The notes under the pieces: model-generated
The model's input: only the letters and a program-made list of their open reading frames with translations
Told to the model about the DNA's origin: nothing
Databases searched by the model: none
Shown: positions 47,288-57,038 of the stretch, piece by piece
Numbering within the stretch: position 1 is the first letter of the stretch
Layout: each line of letters starts with the position of its first letter
Translations under genes and position numbers: made by a program
From: Patescibacteria group bacterium
GTDB lineage: Bacteria; Patescibacteriota; Patescibacteriia; JBAZBY01
Assembly (NCBI GenBank): GCA_041671225.1
Contig: JBAZBY010000001.1
Span: 622,940-686,939 of the forward strand
DNA length: 64,000 bases
Direction: 5' to 3'

Positions 47288-48196
47288 ATGAGAGAGAATA
47301 AAGTCACACATATCCAAATACCATCCATTAGCATCGGACTTGGTGGTATTATGCTCATGTGGCTTACCGTTGGGTTTTCCGTTCCCTTGGTGAATATTCT
47401 GCACGATTTTCCGGCTGAGCAGTTATTGTTCATTCGGGGATTTGTGACAATCATCGTCTTGCTTCCGTGGCTCTTGCGGGAACGACTCGCGGTCAGCAGG
47501 AAGAATGTGCTGTTGGCGCTTTCTTTTGGGTTGGCTTCCATCGGATTATTCGCCGGTACGCGCATCTGGGGGCCGAACCCGACCATCATCGTTTTTTCCG
47601 CATCACCGATACTCAACGTGCTGTTTGCCCGCTGGCGCGGCCGAAGGATCGGCATACCCCCTATCGCTGCATTCATCACATTGTTTCTTGGGATTATCGT
47701 CATGCTTCAGCCATGGGCTGTGCAGGGGGAATTTCATCTCAGCGGCTTACTCTGGAGTCTTTTTGGCATGACCATGAATGCCGTTTTTCAAGAGATCCTG
47801 GGGCAGAGCAGTAATGCTTCTCCGCTTAGCCGCTCATTGTGGCAGTCGTTTGGATGCATTGCCGTTGGCGGGTTATCGATTCTATGGGTGCCATGGTTGT
47901 GGGCAATAGCGGAAGGACATCAGGTATGGTCACTCATCGGATTTGGGCTTCTCTCCGGAGTGTTGAATTTGCGAAGCAACACATTGGCGTTTGATCATCT
48001 GCCGACTGCGGTGGCAAGCATACTCGCGGCTGGAGCAGCTCCGGCCACGATCATCATCAGCAATTGGCTCTTGCATACGACGCTCTCTGTTGCGCAGTGG
48101 GGTGGCGTTGCTCTGGCAATGGCCAGCGTGGCTTATCTGAGTGCATGGTTAGGGAAGAAATCCTTTGGCACAAAAGGAGTGGCGGTTCAGGATTAA
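47288..48196 (+). CDS. EamA/DMT-superfamily transporter
   Basis: 302 aa, about 10 TM helices, duplicated EamA-like halves. Confidence 0.6.
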   Translation: MRENKVTHIQIPSISIGLGGIMLMWLTVGFSVPLVNILHDFPAEQLLFIRGFVTIIVLLPWLLRERLAVSRKNVLLALSFGLASIGLFAGTRIWGPNPTIIVFSASPILNVLFARWRGRRIGIPPIAAFITLFLGIIVMLQPWAVQGEFHLSGLLWSLFGMTMNAVFQEILGQSSNASPLSRSLWQSFGCIAVGGLSILWVPWLWAIAEGHQVWSLIGFGLLSGVLNLRSNTLAFDHLPTAVASILAAGAAPATIIISNWLLHTTLSVAQWGGVALAMASVAYLSAWLGKKSFGTKGVAVQD

Positions 48197-48249
48197 TTGC
48201 AACACGGAATACAAAGCACCGGGTTGTTTTTGTATGGTAGAATAAAATC

Positions 48250-48882
48250 ATGAGCACACTTCTTCTCACATCAGACTCCAAAGTTCTCCACAATAGTCTT
48301 GCAGGTGCCGTCGGTAAGCCTGAAAAAGAACTTAAGGCGCTCTTCATGATTACTGCATCTATGGGTATTCCTGATCGTGCGTATGTTGCAAGACACCGCG
48401 AGGTTATGCAAGACAGGGGTATTGCGTTCGAAGAGTATGATTGTGAGGGGAAGTCATTGGAAGAACATCGTGCAGCTTTTGAGGGTCAAGATGTTCTTAT
48501 TGTTATCGGCGGGAATCCGTTCCACCTTCTGGAAGCAGTGCGAGTGAGTCGTTTTGATCAGGCGGTTTATGAATTTATTGATCGTGGCGGAGTGTACAGC
48601 GGAGGAAGCGCTGGTGCATACATCGCTTGTCCGGATATTGGTATCAGTGAACTTAGCCACTGGAATACGCCGGAGTACCGCGGTGGTCTTTCCGATCTTA
48701 CCGCTATGGATCTCGTACCGTTTTATATTAAGGCGCATTATCTTCCGGAGCAGGAAGAAGAGATGCGCGCGTTTGCTGAGAAAGCCGCATACCCTTTGCG
48801 TGTATTAAAAGATGGACAAGGCTTGCTCGTACGAGACGGGAATGTGGAGTTTATCGGAGAAGGTGAGGAGGTTATACTCTAA
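48250..48882 (+). CDS. peptidase S51 (dipeptidase E / cyanophycinase-like) family protein
   Basis: VLIVIGGNPFHLLEAV ... GGVYSGGSAGAYIACPDI (Ser nucleophile region). Confidence 0.65.
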   Translation: MSTLLLTSDSKVLHNSLAGAVGKPEKELKALFMITASMGIPDRAYVARHREVMQDRGIAFEEYDCEGKSLEEHRAAFEGQDVLIVIGGNPFHLLEAVRVSRFDQAVYEFIDRGGVYSGGSAGAYIACPDIGISELSHWNTPEYRGGLSDLTAMDLVPFYIKAHYLPEQEEEMRAFAEKAAYPLRVLKDGQGLLVRDGNVEFIGEGEEVIL

Positions 48883-49616
48883 TGCATATCAAACTCCTCC
48901 AGTGGAACATTCTCTTTGATGAGAAATACGAAAATATTCTCCGCGAATTGAAGAAAATCAATGCGGATGTGTTGTGTCTGGAAGAGGCGACAACGCAGAG
49001 TCCGGTGAACCGCAAGCGCCACGTTGCGGATGATCTTGCGCGCGCTCTTGGCATGCACGTGCATTATGGTCGGGCCGGGCACTGGGAAGGCAGACACTTC
49101 GGCAATGCCGTGCTTTCGCGTTTTCCGATCGTGAAGCGCAGGATGATTCCCCTCAAGATCCACGAGGCGTATCACGATACCCCTGAATACATCAAGCGGG
49201 GGTATGTTGAAGCGACGCTGAATATTCGCGGAAAACGGTTGGCTGTCGGCGTGACGCATCTGGCATTCCGACGCCGTTTTCATCATACACCGGTAAAAGT
49301 GAAGGAGGCGGACAGGCTTATGGAGATCGTCCGGAAGCGCAAGAAAAATTACATCCTTTGTGGGGATATGAATGCCCTTCCGCAGAGCTATACGATCCGG
49401 CATTTTAAAAAATGCCTTGTGAATGCCGGACCTCCATACCGTGAAAAATCATTTACGACTATCCCGTTTACGTTTGAGGGATGGCACGCCCGCCGTTTGC
49501 ACTACCGCGTGGATTATTGTTTTACCACGCCCGATATCCGCGTTAAGACTGCCCGCTTTCTTGGGGATGTGAAAGCCTCTGACCATCTCCCCATTCTTAT
49601 TGAGCTTGAAGTGTAA
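48882..49616 (+). CDS. endonuclease/exonuclease/phosphatase (EEP) family protein
   Basis: LLQWNIL N-terminus and C-terminal SDHLPI motif. Confidence 0.7.
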   Translation: MHIKLLQWNILFDEKYENILRELKKINADVLCLEEATTQSPVNRKRHVADDLARALGMHVHYGRAGHWEGRHFGNAVLSRFPIVKRRMIPLKIHEAYHDTPEYIKRGYVEATLNIRGKRLAVGVTHLAFRRRFHHTPVKVKEADRLMEIVRKRKKNYILCGDMNALPQSYTIRHFKKCLVNAGPPYREKSFTTIPFTFEGWHARRLHYRVDYCFTTPDIRVKTARFLGDVKASDHLPILIELEV

Positions 49617-49649
49617 CACTTCGCACCCCTTGACCGATTACCTTATTAT

Positions 49650-50174
49650 ATGACTGAAGCGGAAATCCAGGAGTTTGTGCAGCAGGCTCGCGACGGGGAC
49701 GCAGAGGCGTTTGGTGTTCTTTTTGAGGAATTTAGTGATCGCGTATACCGTTTTCTCGCCATGCGCGTTTCAGAGAAGGAAACAGCGGAAGATATCACGC
49801 AAACGGTGTTTGTTGAAATGATTCAGTCGCTCGGTCGATATAAGAAGCAAAGGAATGCAAAGTTTTCGACCTGGCTTTTCCAAATTGCGCGTTTTCGGCT
49901 CATTGATCATTATCGCAGTAAAAAGGCGCACATACCGCTCGAAGACGTTCCAGAGCCCGTTCAGGAGCCCGCACACGCAGATCCAGTCCAGGACAGGGCA
50001 TTACGTGACGCTTTGAACACATTACCAGAACAACAGCGCACCGTACTGCACCTTCATTTTTTTGAGGACATGTCTCCCCAGGAAATTGCGGTCGTCCTAA
50101 AGACAACAGCAATCAATGTCCGCGTCATTCAGCATCGAGCCATTAAAGTTTTGCGCACTCTTATTACCATATAA
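49650..50174 (+). CDS. ECF-type RNA polymerase sigma factor (sigma-70 region 2 and 4)
   Basis: region 2 (VYRFLAMRVSEKETAEDITQTVFVEMIQSL) and region 4 HTH (LPEQQRTVLHLHFFEDMSPQEIAVVLKTT...). Confidence 0.85.
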   Translation: MTEAEIQEFVQQARDGDAEAFGVLFEEFSDRVYRFLAMRVSEKETAEDITQTVFVEMIQSLGRYKKQRNAKFSTWLFQIARFRLIDHYRSKKAHIPLEDVPEPVQEPAHADPVQDRALRDALNTLPEQQRTVLHLHFFEDMSPQEIAVVLKTTAINVRVIQHRAIKVLRTLITI

Positions 50175-50175
50175 C

Positions 50176-51504
50176 ATGCAATTCCCATTTTTATATAACA
50201 TACGTGAAAACAACGACGATCTTCGCACGCGTTTTCAGGCTATGCAGACCCCGCATCTTTCTGTTGAGCACAAAAAGCGTATGCTTGGGGAATTACAAAA
50301 AACATTTAAAAATGTAACAACAAAGGATGACGCTCGATATAGGATGCGTCAACCATTTTATTTTTTTAGACAAACAAAACCTATGATCCCGATACTCGCA
50401 GCAATCGTTATTCTTCTCGGTGGTACCTTTGGCACGGCAGCAGCTGCTGATGCCGCAAAGCCCGGCGATGTATTTTTTGGCGTTGATCGTGCCGCAGAAC
50501 AAACAAGTCTCGCGTTTGCCTTTAGTGGCGAGAAGAAGGCTCGCATACGCACGAATATTGCAGAAGAGCGCGAACGCGAACGCGTGGAGCTGCAACAGGA
50601 AGGCCGCACAGAAGATGCCGCTCAGGCAGAGGAGCATGCGGATGTTGCGCTTGTCCAAGCCATTGAGACGATCTCTGATGTTCGTGTAAAAATAGAGGAA
50701 AAGGGGAATGACGATGCGTTGCAAGCGCTTACCGAGGTTGAAAATCGTCTTGAGGCATTACGCCAGATGCGTGATGACCGGGATGGTGATGCAGATGACT
50801 CTGGTGATGACATGACGGCGAAGGGATTAACAGAGGCCGAGGTGCACATTGAGAATGGCGTTGCAGAGGTACAGGTGGAATACAACGATGAAAAGCAGAC
50901 GTTCGTTCTGGTGACGAGCGATCGCGATGCCATTATTGCCGAGATTGTCGCACGAACCGGCGCGACAGAAGAAGCAGTGCGCGCTGCTGTGCGTATTGAG
51001 GAGAACGGCGTTGTTGATGAACCTATTGATGATGTGTCTGATGATGACAGCGCTGATAGCAGTGAAGACATCAATGATGATTCTCATGCAACCAATAGCA
51101 GCAATGGCGAGCAGGAACAAGAGCAGGAACAAGAGCAGGAACAAGAGCAGGAACAAGAACAGGAACAAGAGCAAGAACACGTGAACGGCAACACCAACCA
51201 GAATCAGGAGCAAGAGCAGGAGCAAGAACAGGATCGTGAAGAAGAGCATGCAAACACCAATACATCGGATGATGAGGAGCAAAGTGATGACGAACAGAAT
51301 CAGGAACAAGTGCGAAACGAAATTCGCGTTGAAGTGAACCAAGAAGATGGCAAGGCAGAGATCCACACTCGCATCGGCAGCGCTGAGATGGAATGGGAGC
51401 TCAAGACAACAAATCAGAACACAATCCTACTGAGCATCAGCGGAAAAACTGGACTTTCCGGCGCACAGATTCAGGCCGTGTGGCAATATAGCGTCGAAGA
51501 CTAA
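50176..51504 (+). CDS. putative anti-sigma-factor-like single-pass membrane protein with highly acidic extracytoplasmic domain and (EQ)n repeat
   Basis: lies directly after the ECF sigma gene; TM helix MIPILAAIVILLGGTFG; start may be 50176 or 50242. Confidence 0.5.
   Translation: MQFPFLYNIRENNDDLRTRFQAMQTPHLSVEHKKRMLGELQKTFKNVTTKDDARYRMRQPFYFFRQTKPMIPILAAIVILLGGTFGTAAAADAAKPGDVFFGVDRAAEQTSLAFAFSGEKKARIRTNIAEERERERVELQQEGRTEDAAQAEEHADVALVQAIETISDVRVKIEEKGNDDALQALTEVENRLEALRQMRDDRDGDADDSGDDMTAKGLTEAEVHIENGVAEVQVEYNDEKQTFVLVTSDRDAIIAEIVARTGATEEAVRAAVRIEENGVVDEPIDDVSDDDSADSSEDINDDSHATNSSNGEQEQEQEQEQEQEQEQEQEQEQEHVNGNTNQNQEQEQEQEQDREEEHANTNTSDDEEQSDDEQNQEQVRNEIRVEVNQEDGKAEIHTRIGSAEMEWELKTTNQNTILLSISGKTGLSGAQIQAVWQYSVED
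51109..51180 (+). repeat. 12-nt coding tandem repeat (gagcaggaacaa)n encoding (EQ)n
   Basis: six near-identical 12-nt units; a second shorter block at 51208-51233. Confidence 0.85.
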
Positions 51505-51544
51505 TCATTAACATCCTAGGCGTTCTTTTCCAAAAGCCCCTGGC

Positions 51545-51563
51545 ACCCCGTCCGGGGTTTTTG
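51545..51563 (+). terminator. possible rho-independent terminator after the anti-sigma-like gene
   Basis: acccc-gtcc-ggggt followed by tttt. Confidence 0.4.
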
Positions 51564-51714
51564 GTTTATTATTTGAATAGAGTATGCAGCGTATAAAAAA
51601 CACACCCGGGGATTTTTGCCATGGGTGCTGCGATGCAACAATACGCTCGTCAAGAATTCTGGTATACTATTATTGTGTACATGTGTTAAGAAAGAGACAC
51701 GAACTTCACATACT

Positions 51715-54489
51715 ATGAGCCGAATCAGACGGGTAATCTTCATTATTATCGCACTCGCGTTTCTTGGAGTACTCCTCCTTGGGGGCGCCTTTAGGCTCAT
51801 CACTGATTGGTGGTGGTTTCAATCGATTAACCACACCACTTTTTTTACAACAATCCTCAGCTCACAGCTGCTTGTTGGTTTTGGGGTTGCGCTTTTTTCC
51901 TTCCTTTTTGTCTGGGTGAATTTACTACTCGTTCGGCGTTTTGCGGCACATCATTCTCGATCCTTCACCTTCCGTGCGGGCATAAAGGCCGGCATACCAC
52001 AAGTGAAGACCGTTGAGGTACAAAGCATTATTACTCGGCTCTCTTTTCCTCTTTCGTTGCTCATCGGGATCATGATGGGGTTTGCTGCAGCGAGTCAATG
52101 GGATACAGTCTTACTTTTTATGAATCAGACGGCGTTTCATGAAACAGACCCGCTTTTTGGACGGGACGTTGCGTATTATGTATTTACACTACCCTTCTTG
52201 CAGAATGCACTGTCTTTTGCTTTTACGCTCATTGTTATCGCAATTGTGGTAGCGTTCGTTCTGTACAATGTTCTTGGTGTTCTGGATTTTCGCGGCGGGA
52301 TACGTCAGGCGTTCCGTGGTTCCTTAAAGACCGTTGTTTCTGCGGCACGGCGGCATCTTGCACTTCTTGTTGCACTCTACTTTTTTCTTGTCGCGCTGAA
52401 GGATTACTTTGTTGATATTCCCAATCTCGTTTATTCTGCGGCAGGTTCCTTCACAGGCGCAGGGTATACCGACGTGACAATTCGCATTCCGCTTTTACAG
52501 ATCGGCGCAGTGCTTGCTTCACTTGTTGGAGCAGTACTCATCATTCATGCATTCCGTTCCAGTACCCGCCAGGTTGTAGGAACCATTTTTCTTTATTTCT
52601 TCATAACGATTATCGGTGGCGCAGTGGTACCAGGTATCGTGCAGCGTTTTATTGTGTCGCCGAATGAGCTTGTAAAAGAGGAGAAGTACATTGCATACAA
52701 TATTGCCGCAACGCAGGCTGCGTATGGCGTGGATACATTGGAAAAGCGCGACCTGTCCGGTGACACTTCGCTCACACAAGCAGATTTGGAAGCAAATTCC
52801 GGGACCATCAGAAACATCCGGTTATGGGAGCGCGCACCGTTACTGGATACCTTTGGTCAGATTCAGGAGATTCGCACATATTATGACTTTGTGTCCCTTG
52901 ATAACGACCGGTATACCATTGACGGAGAATTGCGCCAGACGCTTCTTTCTCCGCGTGAACTTTCTGCCGCTGCACTCCCGCAGCGCAATTTCATTAATGA
53001 GCATCTTACCTTCACGCACGGATTCGGGCTTACGCTCGGGCCGGTGAATGAGGTGACCCCAGAAGGCCTGCCCGTGCTCTTTATTAAGGATCTTCCGCCA
53101 GCATCGACAAAAAGTGAATTGGATGTGACCAGGCCGGAGATCTATTATGGGGAACTCGCAAATGATTTTGTCGTTGTGAATACTGACGCAGAGGAATTCA
53201 ACTATCCATCGGGTGAAGAGAATGTTTTTTCCACGTATGAAGGAGAAGGGGGAGTACCCGTGAATTCACTCTTCCGTAAACTTCTTTTTGCGCTTCGGTT
53301 TGGCTCAAACAAGCTCTTCTTTTCCAACGATATTACGACAGATTCCAAGATCATGTTCTATAGGGATATTCATGAGCGCGTACGACGATTGCTGCCGTTT
53401 TTGAAATTTGATCAAGATCCATATCTTGTGGTGCGGGAAGATGGCTCACTGACATGGATGTATGACGCGTATACAACGACGAATCGCTATCCGTATGCAG
53501 AACGCAGAACAGATGATCTCTTTGACCAAAATAAAACTGCGTCGGCAATTCCCGGAACATTGAATTACATCCGTAACAGCGTCAAGATCACTATTGATGC
53601 ATATGACGGAAGTATGACACTTTATACCGCAGACGCAGAGGATCCGCTCATCCAGACGTATGCAAAGATCTTTGATGATTCATTTGTGCCGCTGACAGAG
53701 ATGCCGGAGGACCTTCGTTCTCATATACGATATCCGGAAGATATTTATCGCTATCAAGCAGATATTTATAGCGTGTATCACATGGAAGAGCCGCAGATTT
53801 TTTACAATAAGGAAGATGAATGGCAGATCCCCACAAACACCGGTCAGGATGTGGGCGACCCCATCATGCGTCATCTTGTGATGAGCCTGCCAGATGAAGA
53901 GAATGAGGAGTTCATTTTGATGCTGCCGTATACTCCGCGCGGCAAGGATAACCTTGCGGCATGGATGGTTGCACGCAATGATGGCGAAAACTATGGAGAA
54001 TTGGTTGTGTATCGCTTCCCCAAGCAGGAGCTTGTCTTTGGCCCAACGCAGATCCGCAACCGCATCAACCAGAACCCAGACATTTCGCGGCAGATCTCCC
54101 TCTGGGACCAGCGCGGCTCAGAAGTGATTCAGGGGAGCCTGTTGGTGATTCCCATCGAATCCTCCTTGCTCTATGTGCAGCCGCTGTATTTGCGCGCGGA
54201 AGGCGGACGCATCCCGGAACTCAAGCGGGTGATCGTGGCAAACGGCAATAACATCGCCATGGCAGAGACGCTGGACCTCGCGCTCGCGCAGCTCTTTACT
54301 GATGCACCGCTGACGGTTGATGAAACAGTGGATGAGGCCACAACAACCATAGAAACGACAACCAACAGCACGGTGCTGGAGCAAGCACAGGCCGCGTATG
54401 AACGCGCCCTTGCCGCGCAAAAACGCGGTGACTGGGCAACGTATGGCACAGAGATCACCCTGCTTGGCGAGTTGTTAGGGGAGTTGTAA
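51715..54489 (+). CDS. UPF0182-family large membrane protein
   Basis: N-terminal TM helices with ITDWWWFQS motif; 924 aa from internal ATG of ORF 51616..54489. Confidence 0.75.
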   Translation: MSRIRRVIFIIIALAFLGVLLLGGAFRLITDWWWFQSINHTTFFTTILSSQLLVGFGVALFSFLFVWVNLLLVRRFAAHHSRSFTFRAGIKAGIPQVKTVEVQSIITRLSFPLSLLIGIMMGFAAASQWDTVLLFMNQTAFHETDPLFGRDVAYYVFTLPFLQNALSFAFTLIVIAIVVAFVLYNVLGVLDFRGGIRQAFRGSLKTVVSAARRHLALLVALYFFLVALKDYFVDIPNLVYSAAGSFTGAGYTDVTIRIPLLQIGAVLASLVGAVLIIHAFRSSTRQVVGTIFLYFFITIIGGAVVPGIVQRFIVSPNELVKEEKYIAYNIAATQAAYGVDTLEKRDLSGDTSLTQADLEANSGTIRNIRLWERAPLLDTFGQIQEIRTYYDFVSLDNDRYTIDGELRQTLLSPRELSAAALPQRNFINEHLTFTHGFGLTLGPVNEVTPEGLPVLFIKDLPPASTKSELDVTRPEIYYGELANDFVVVNTDAEEFNYPSGEENVFSTYEGEGGVPVNSLFRKLLFALRFGSNKLFFSNDITTDSKIMFYRDIHERVRRLLPFLKFDQDPYLVVREDGSLTWMYDAYTTTNRYPYAERRTDDLFDQNKTASAIPGTLNYIRNSVKITIDAYDGSMTLYTADAEDPLIQTYAKIFDDSFVPLTEMPEDLRSHIRYPEDIYRYQADIYSVYHMEEPQIFYNKEDEWQIPTNTGQDVGDPIMRHLVMSLPDEENEEFILMLPYTPRGKDNLAAWMVARNDGENYGELVVYRFPKQELVFGPTQIRNRINQNPDISRQISLWDQRGSEVIQGSLLVIPIESSLLYVQPLYLRAEGGRIPELKRVIVANGNNIAMAETLDLALAQLFTDAPLTVDETVDEATTTIETTTNSTVLEQAQAAYERALAAQKRGDWATYGTEITLLGELLGEL

Positions 54490-54605
54490 AAGCCTCTCTC
54501 CTTGACAGAACGGGAGTGATAGGTTAGTATCAGTTGTTCATCGAATATCGAGCTATGTGCTATCTCTCGCTATTCAGAACGAGAGATTACTACATAACGA
54601 TATTC

Positions 54606-55862
54606 ATGAGAAACATCAATCGAAATTTTAAACGTGGTCGCACGCAGGGTGGCGGAAGTCAGCGCTCTGGCAGCAAGTTTTATCGTGGGCAGGGTGGCGG
54701 CGGCGGACAGCGACGCAGCAGAGGTGGCGGCGGCGGACGTGGCCGTGGGACGTATATTCACCCCGATAGGTACATCAACAAAGCAACGGTCCTCGATGAG
54801 CAGAAACCGTATCAATCAAAGCATACCTTTGCGGATTTTGGCTTCTTGCCGATTCTTGATAAGGCATGTACGAGAAAGGGATACACGACCCCAACCGCTA
54901 TTCAGGATGACGCGATTCCGCCGATTCTTGAAGGCAAGGACGTGATTGGTCTTGCGAATACCGGCTCAGGAAAGACCGCGGCATTTGTGCTGCCAATTAT
55001 TCAACATATTGTCGCAACACACACGAGCACCAAGGCATTGGTGGTTGCACCAACGCGTGAACTCGCGGTGCAGATAGAAGAAGAGTTCCGCGCGTTTAGC
55101 AATGGCCTGCGCATGAACACCGCGCTATGCGTGGGTGGCGCGAGCATGGGCAAACAGAAGGCGCAGCTTGCCCGTCGCCCGCAGGTGGTGATCGGCACGC
55201 CCGGACGCCTGAAGGATCTCACCGAACAACACATCTTGAAGCTGGGTGACGTGGATGTGCTCGTGCTTGATGAAGTGGATCGCATGCTCGACATGGGCTT
55301 TCTGCACGATGTGCGTTTTCTCATCGACAAGACAAATCCGAATCGTCAGTCATTATGCTTCAGCGCGACCATCACGCCGGCGATTGAGAAGTTGCTCGCG
55401 GACATGCTCAAAAACCCAGTGACGGTTTCTGTGCGCACGAGCCAGAAGCAGGAGCATATTGAACAGGAAGTGATCAAGGTGCGGAGCAAGGAAGACAAAA
55501 TTACCATGCTTTTAAAGCTCCTTGCGCAGCCGCAGTTTGATAAAGTGCTGGTCTTTGGCGGAACCAAGTGGGGCGTGCAGAAGCTTGCAGACGCGCTCAA
55601 CGCGAGAGGCCACACCGCGCAGGCGATTCATGGCAACAAAACACAGCCGCAGCGTCAGCGCGCTCTCCGTGCCTTTAAGGAAGGCAAGGTGAAGGTGTTG
55701 GTCGCAACGGACGTAGCCGCGCGCGGTTTGGATATTCCCAACGTGAGCCAGGTTGTGAACTTTGACGAGCCAATGAGCCATGATGATTACATTCACCGCA
55801 TCGGCCGTACGGGCCGCGCCGGCAAAGCTGGGCATGCACTGACATTCGTGGTCGGAGGATAA
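54606..55862 (+). CDS. DEAD-box ATP-dependent RNA helicase with Arg/Gly-rich N-terminal extension
   Basis: Q motif, GSGKTAAF Walker A, DEVD box, SAT, HRIGRTGRAG motif VI. Confidence 0.9.
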   Translation: MRNINRNFKRGRTQGGGSQRSGSKFYRGQGGGGGQRRSRGGGGGRGRGTYIHPDRYINKATVLDEQKPYQSKHTFADFGFLPILDKACTRKGYTTPTAIQDDAIPPILEGKDVIGLANTGSGKTAAFVLPIIQHIVATHTSTKALVVAPTRELAVQIEEEFRAFSNGLRMNTALCVGGASMGKQKAQLARRPQVVIGTPGRLKDLTEQHILKLGDVDVLVLDEVDRMLDMGFLHDVRFLIDKTNPNRQSLCFSATITPAIEKLLADMLKNPVTVSVRTSQKQEHIEQEVIKVRSKEDKITMLLKLLAQPQFDKVLVFGGTKWGVQKLADALNARGHTAQAIHGNKTQPQRQRALRAFKEGKVKVLVATDVAARGLDIPNVSQVVNFDEPMSHDDYIHRIGRTGRAGKAGHALTFVVGG

Positions 55863-55954
55863 AGGGATTTTTGTGTCTAGAGGTTGACCGGGGTTGCGGA
55901 TACCAGTGCGTACTACGCCACGGGCAGAATCTCTTTTTAACTACCCGCGACCTA

Positions 55955-55963
55955 TGTTATACT
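55955..55963 (+). promoter_or_regulatory. extended -10 element TGTTATACT upstream of the heliorhodopsin gene
   Basis: tgnTATACT 31 nt upstream of ATG; RBS aaggggga at 55979-55986. Confidence 0.4.
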
Positions 55964-55993
55964 TTCTGCGTTAAAAACTAAGGGGGATTTTTT

Positions 55994-56776
55994 ATGCCAC
56001 AAATAATAAAAAAAGATCAGCGGTTTCAATCCTTACGCCGTTTCAATATTTTTATGGCCGTTTTGCACGCGGTGCAGGGCACGCTCATGCTGGTCTTGTC
56101 GAGAGATTTTTCTTTACCAGTTACAACGTCATACGTTGAGTATGATCCGTTTGCGGGTCAGCTCGCCGCAGAGACAGTAACAAAGTTTGAGTTCGCGATC
56201 GGCCCACTGATCGCTGGTTTCTTATTCCTCTCTTCCATCGCGCACCTTGCCGTGAGTCTTCCAGGTATCTATGAATGGTACAGGGAAAATCTCAAGAAAG
56301 GCCTTAACGTCGCACGTTGGGTAGAATATAGCGCATCATCTTCTTTAATGATCATTGTTATCGCAATGCTCGTTGGAGTCTATGATTTTTCCAGTCTCAT
56401 ACTTCTCTTTTCTCTGAATGCAATGATGATTCTTTTTGGCTGGGTGATGGAGGTTCACAATCAGACAACAGAAAAGACAAACTGGCTAAGTTACTGGTTT
56501 GGCGTTATTGCCGGCGCCGTGCCGTGGATCGTGGTTGCGCTGTATCTTTTTAATGCCGGCGAGGGCGAATTCCGCGCACCAGCATTCGTTTATTGGATCT
56601 ACTTTTCCATCTTCCTCTTCTTCAACGTGTTCGCTATCAATATGGTGCTGCAGTATAAGAAAGTGGGGAAGTGGCAGGACTACCTCTACGGCGAACGGGC
56701 ATATATTGTTTTGAGTCTTGTTGCAAAATCGTTACTTGCGTGGCAAGTATGGGCTGGTACTCTACGCCCTGTCTGA
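55994..56776 (+). CDS. heliorhodopsin (7-TM retinal-binding protein, inverted topology)
   Basis: 260 aa, 7 TM; family-diagnostic blocks ARWVEYSASSSLMIIVIA, MILFGW, GERAYIVLSLVAKSLLAWQ; conserved His25, His84, Glu111 and Schiff-base Lys245. Confidence 0.85.
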   Translation: MPQIIKKDQRFQSLRRFNIFMAVLHAVQGTLMLVLSRDFSLPVTTSYVEYDPFAGQLAAETVTKFEFAIGPLIAGFLFLSSIAHLAVSLPGIYEWYRENLKKGLNVARWVEYSASSSLMIIVIAMLVGVYDFSSLILLFSLNAMMILFGWVMEVHNQTTEKTNWLSYWFGVIAGAVPWIVVALYLFNAGEGEFRAPAFVYWIYFSIFLFFNVFAINMVLQYKKVGKWQDYLYGERAYIVLSLVAKSLLAWQVWAGTLRPV

Positions 56777-56881
56777 TAATTAGCCTGAACTGACGAAAAA
56801 CCTGCCCGTGCTCATCTTCTTGACAAGAAGGAGCGTTTGGCGTAGATTTGATTGTTCACTTTTTGCCGGATAGTCCGGTAT

Positions 56882-56930
56882 GGGTGGTGCGCGCACAGAT
56901 CGGCCCCGCGCGCGCCACCCAATTTTTTTA
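56882..56930 (+). terminator. strong rho-independent terminator after heliorhodopsin
   Basis: 13-bp stem gggtggtgcgcgc/gcgcgcgccaccc (one mismatch), then aattttttta. Confidence 0.65.
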
Positions 56931-56963
56931 TCCGCTTTCGCCCTGGCGCAGGCAGTGTTTCAT

Positions 56964-56992
56964 TTGACATGGGTGCTTTCTCATTCTAGGGT
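56964..56992 (+). promoter_or_regulatory. candidate promoter TTGACA-N17-TAGGGT
   Basis: ttgaca 56964-56969, 17-nt spacer, tagggt 56987-56992; RBS aggagg at 57028. Confidence 0.35.
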
Positions 56993-57038
56993 GAACCTGT
57001 CCAACTCTCTGTGCTCTATGCACATACCAGGAGGCAGT

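Noticed and set aside
56880-57038. Annotated start of ORF 56880..57410
   Set aside because: The first 50 codons overlap the heliorhodopsin terminator hairpin and T-run, while an ATG at 57039 carries a perfect aggagg RBS. The start was therefore moved.
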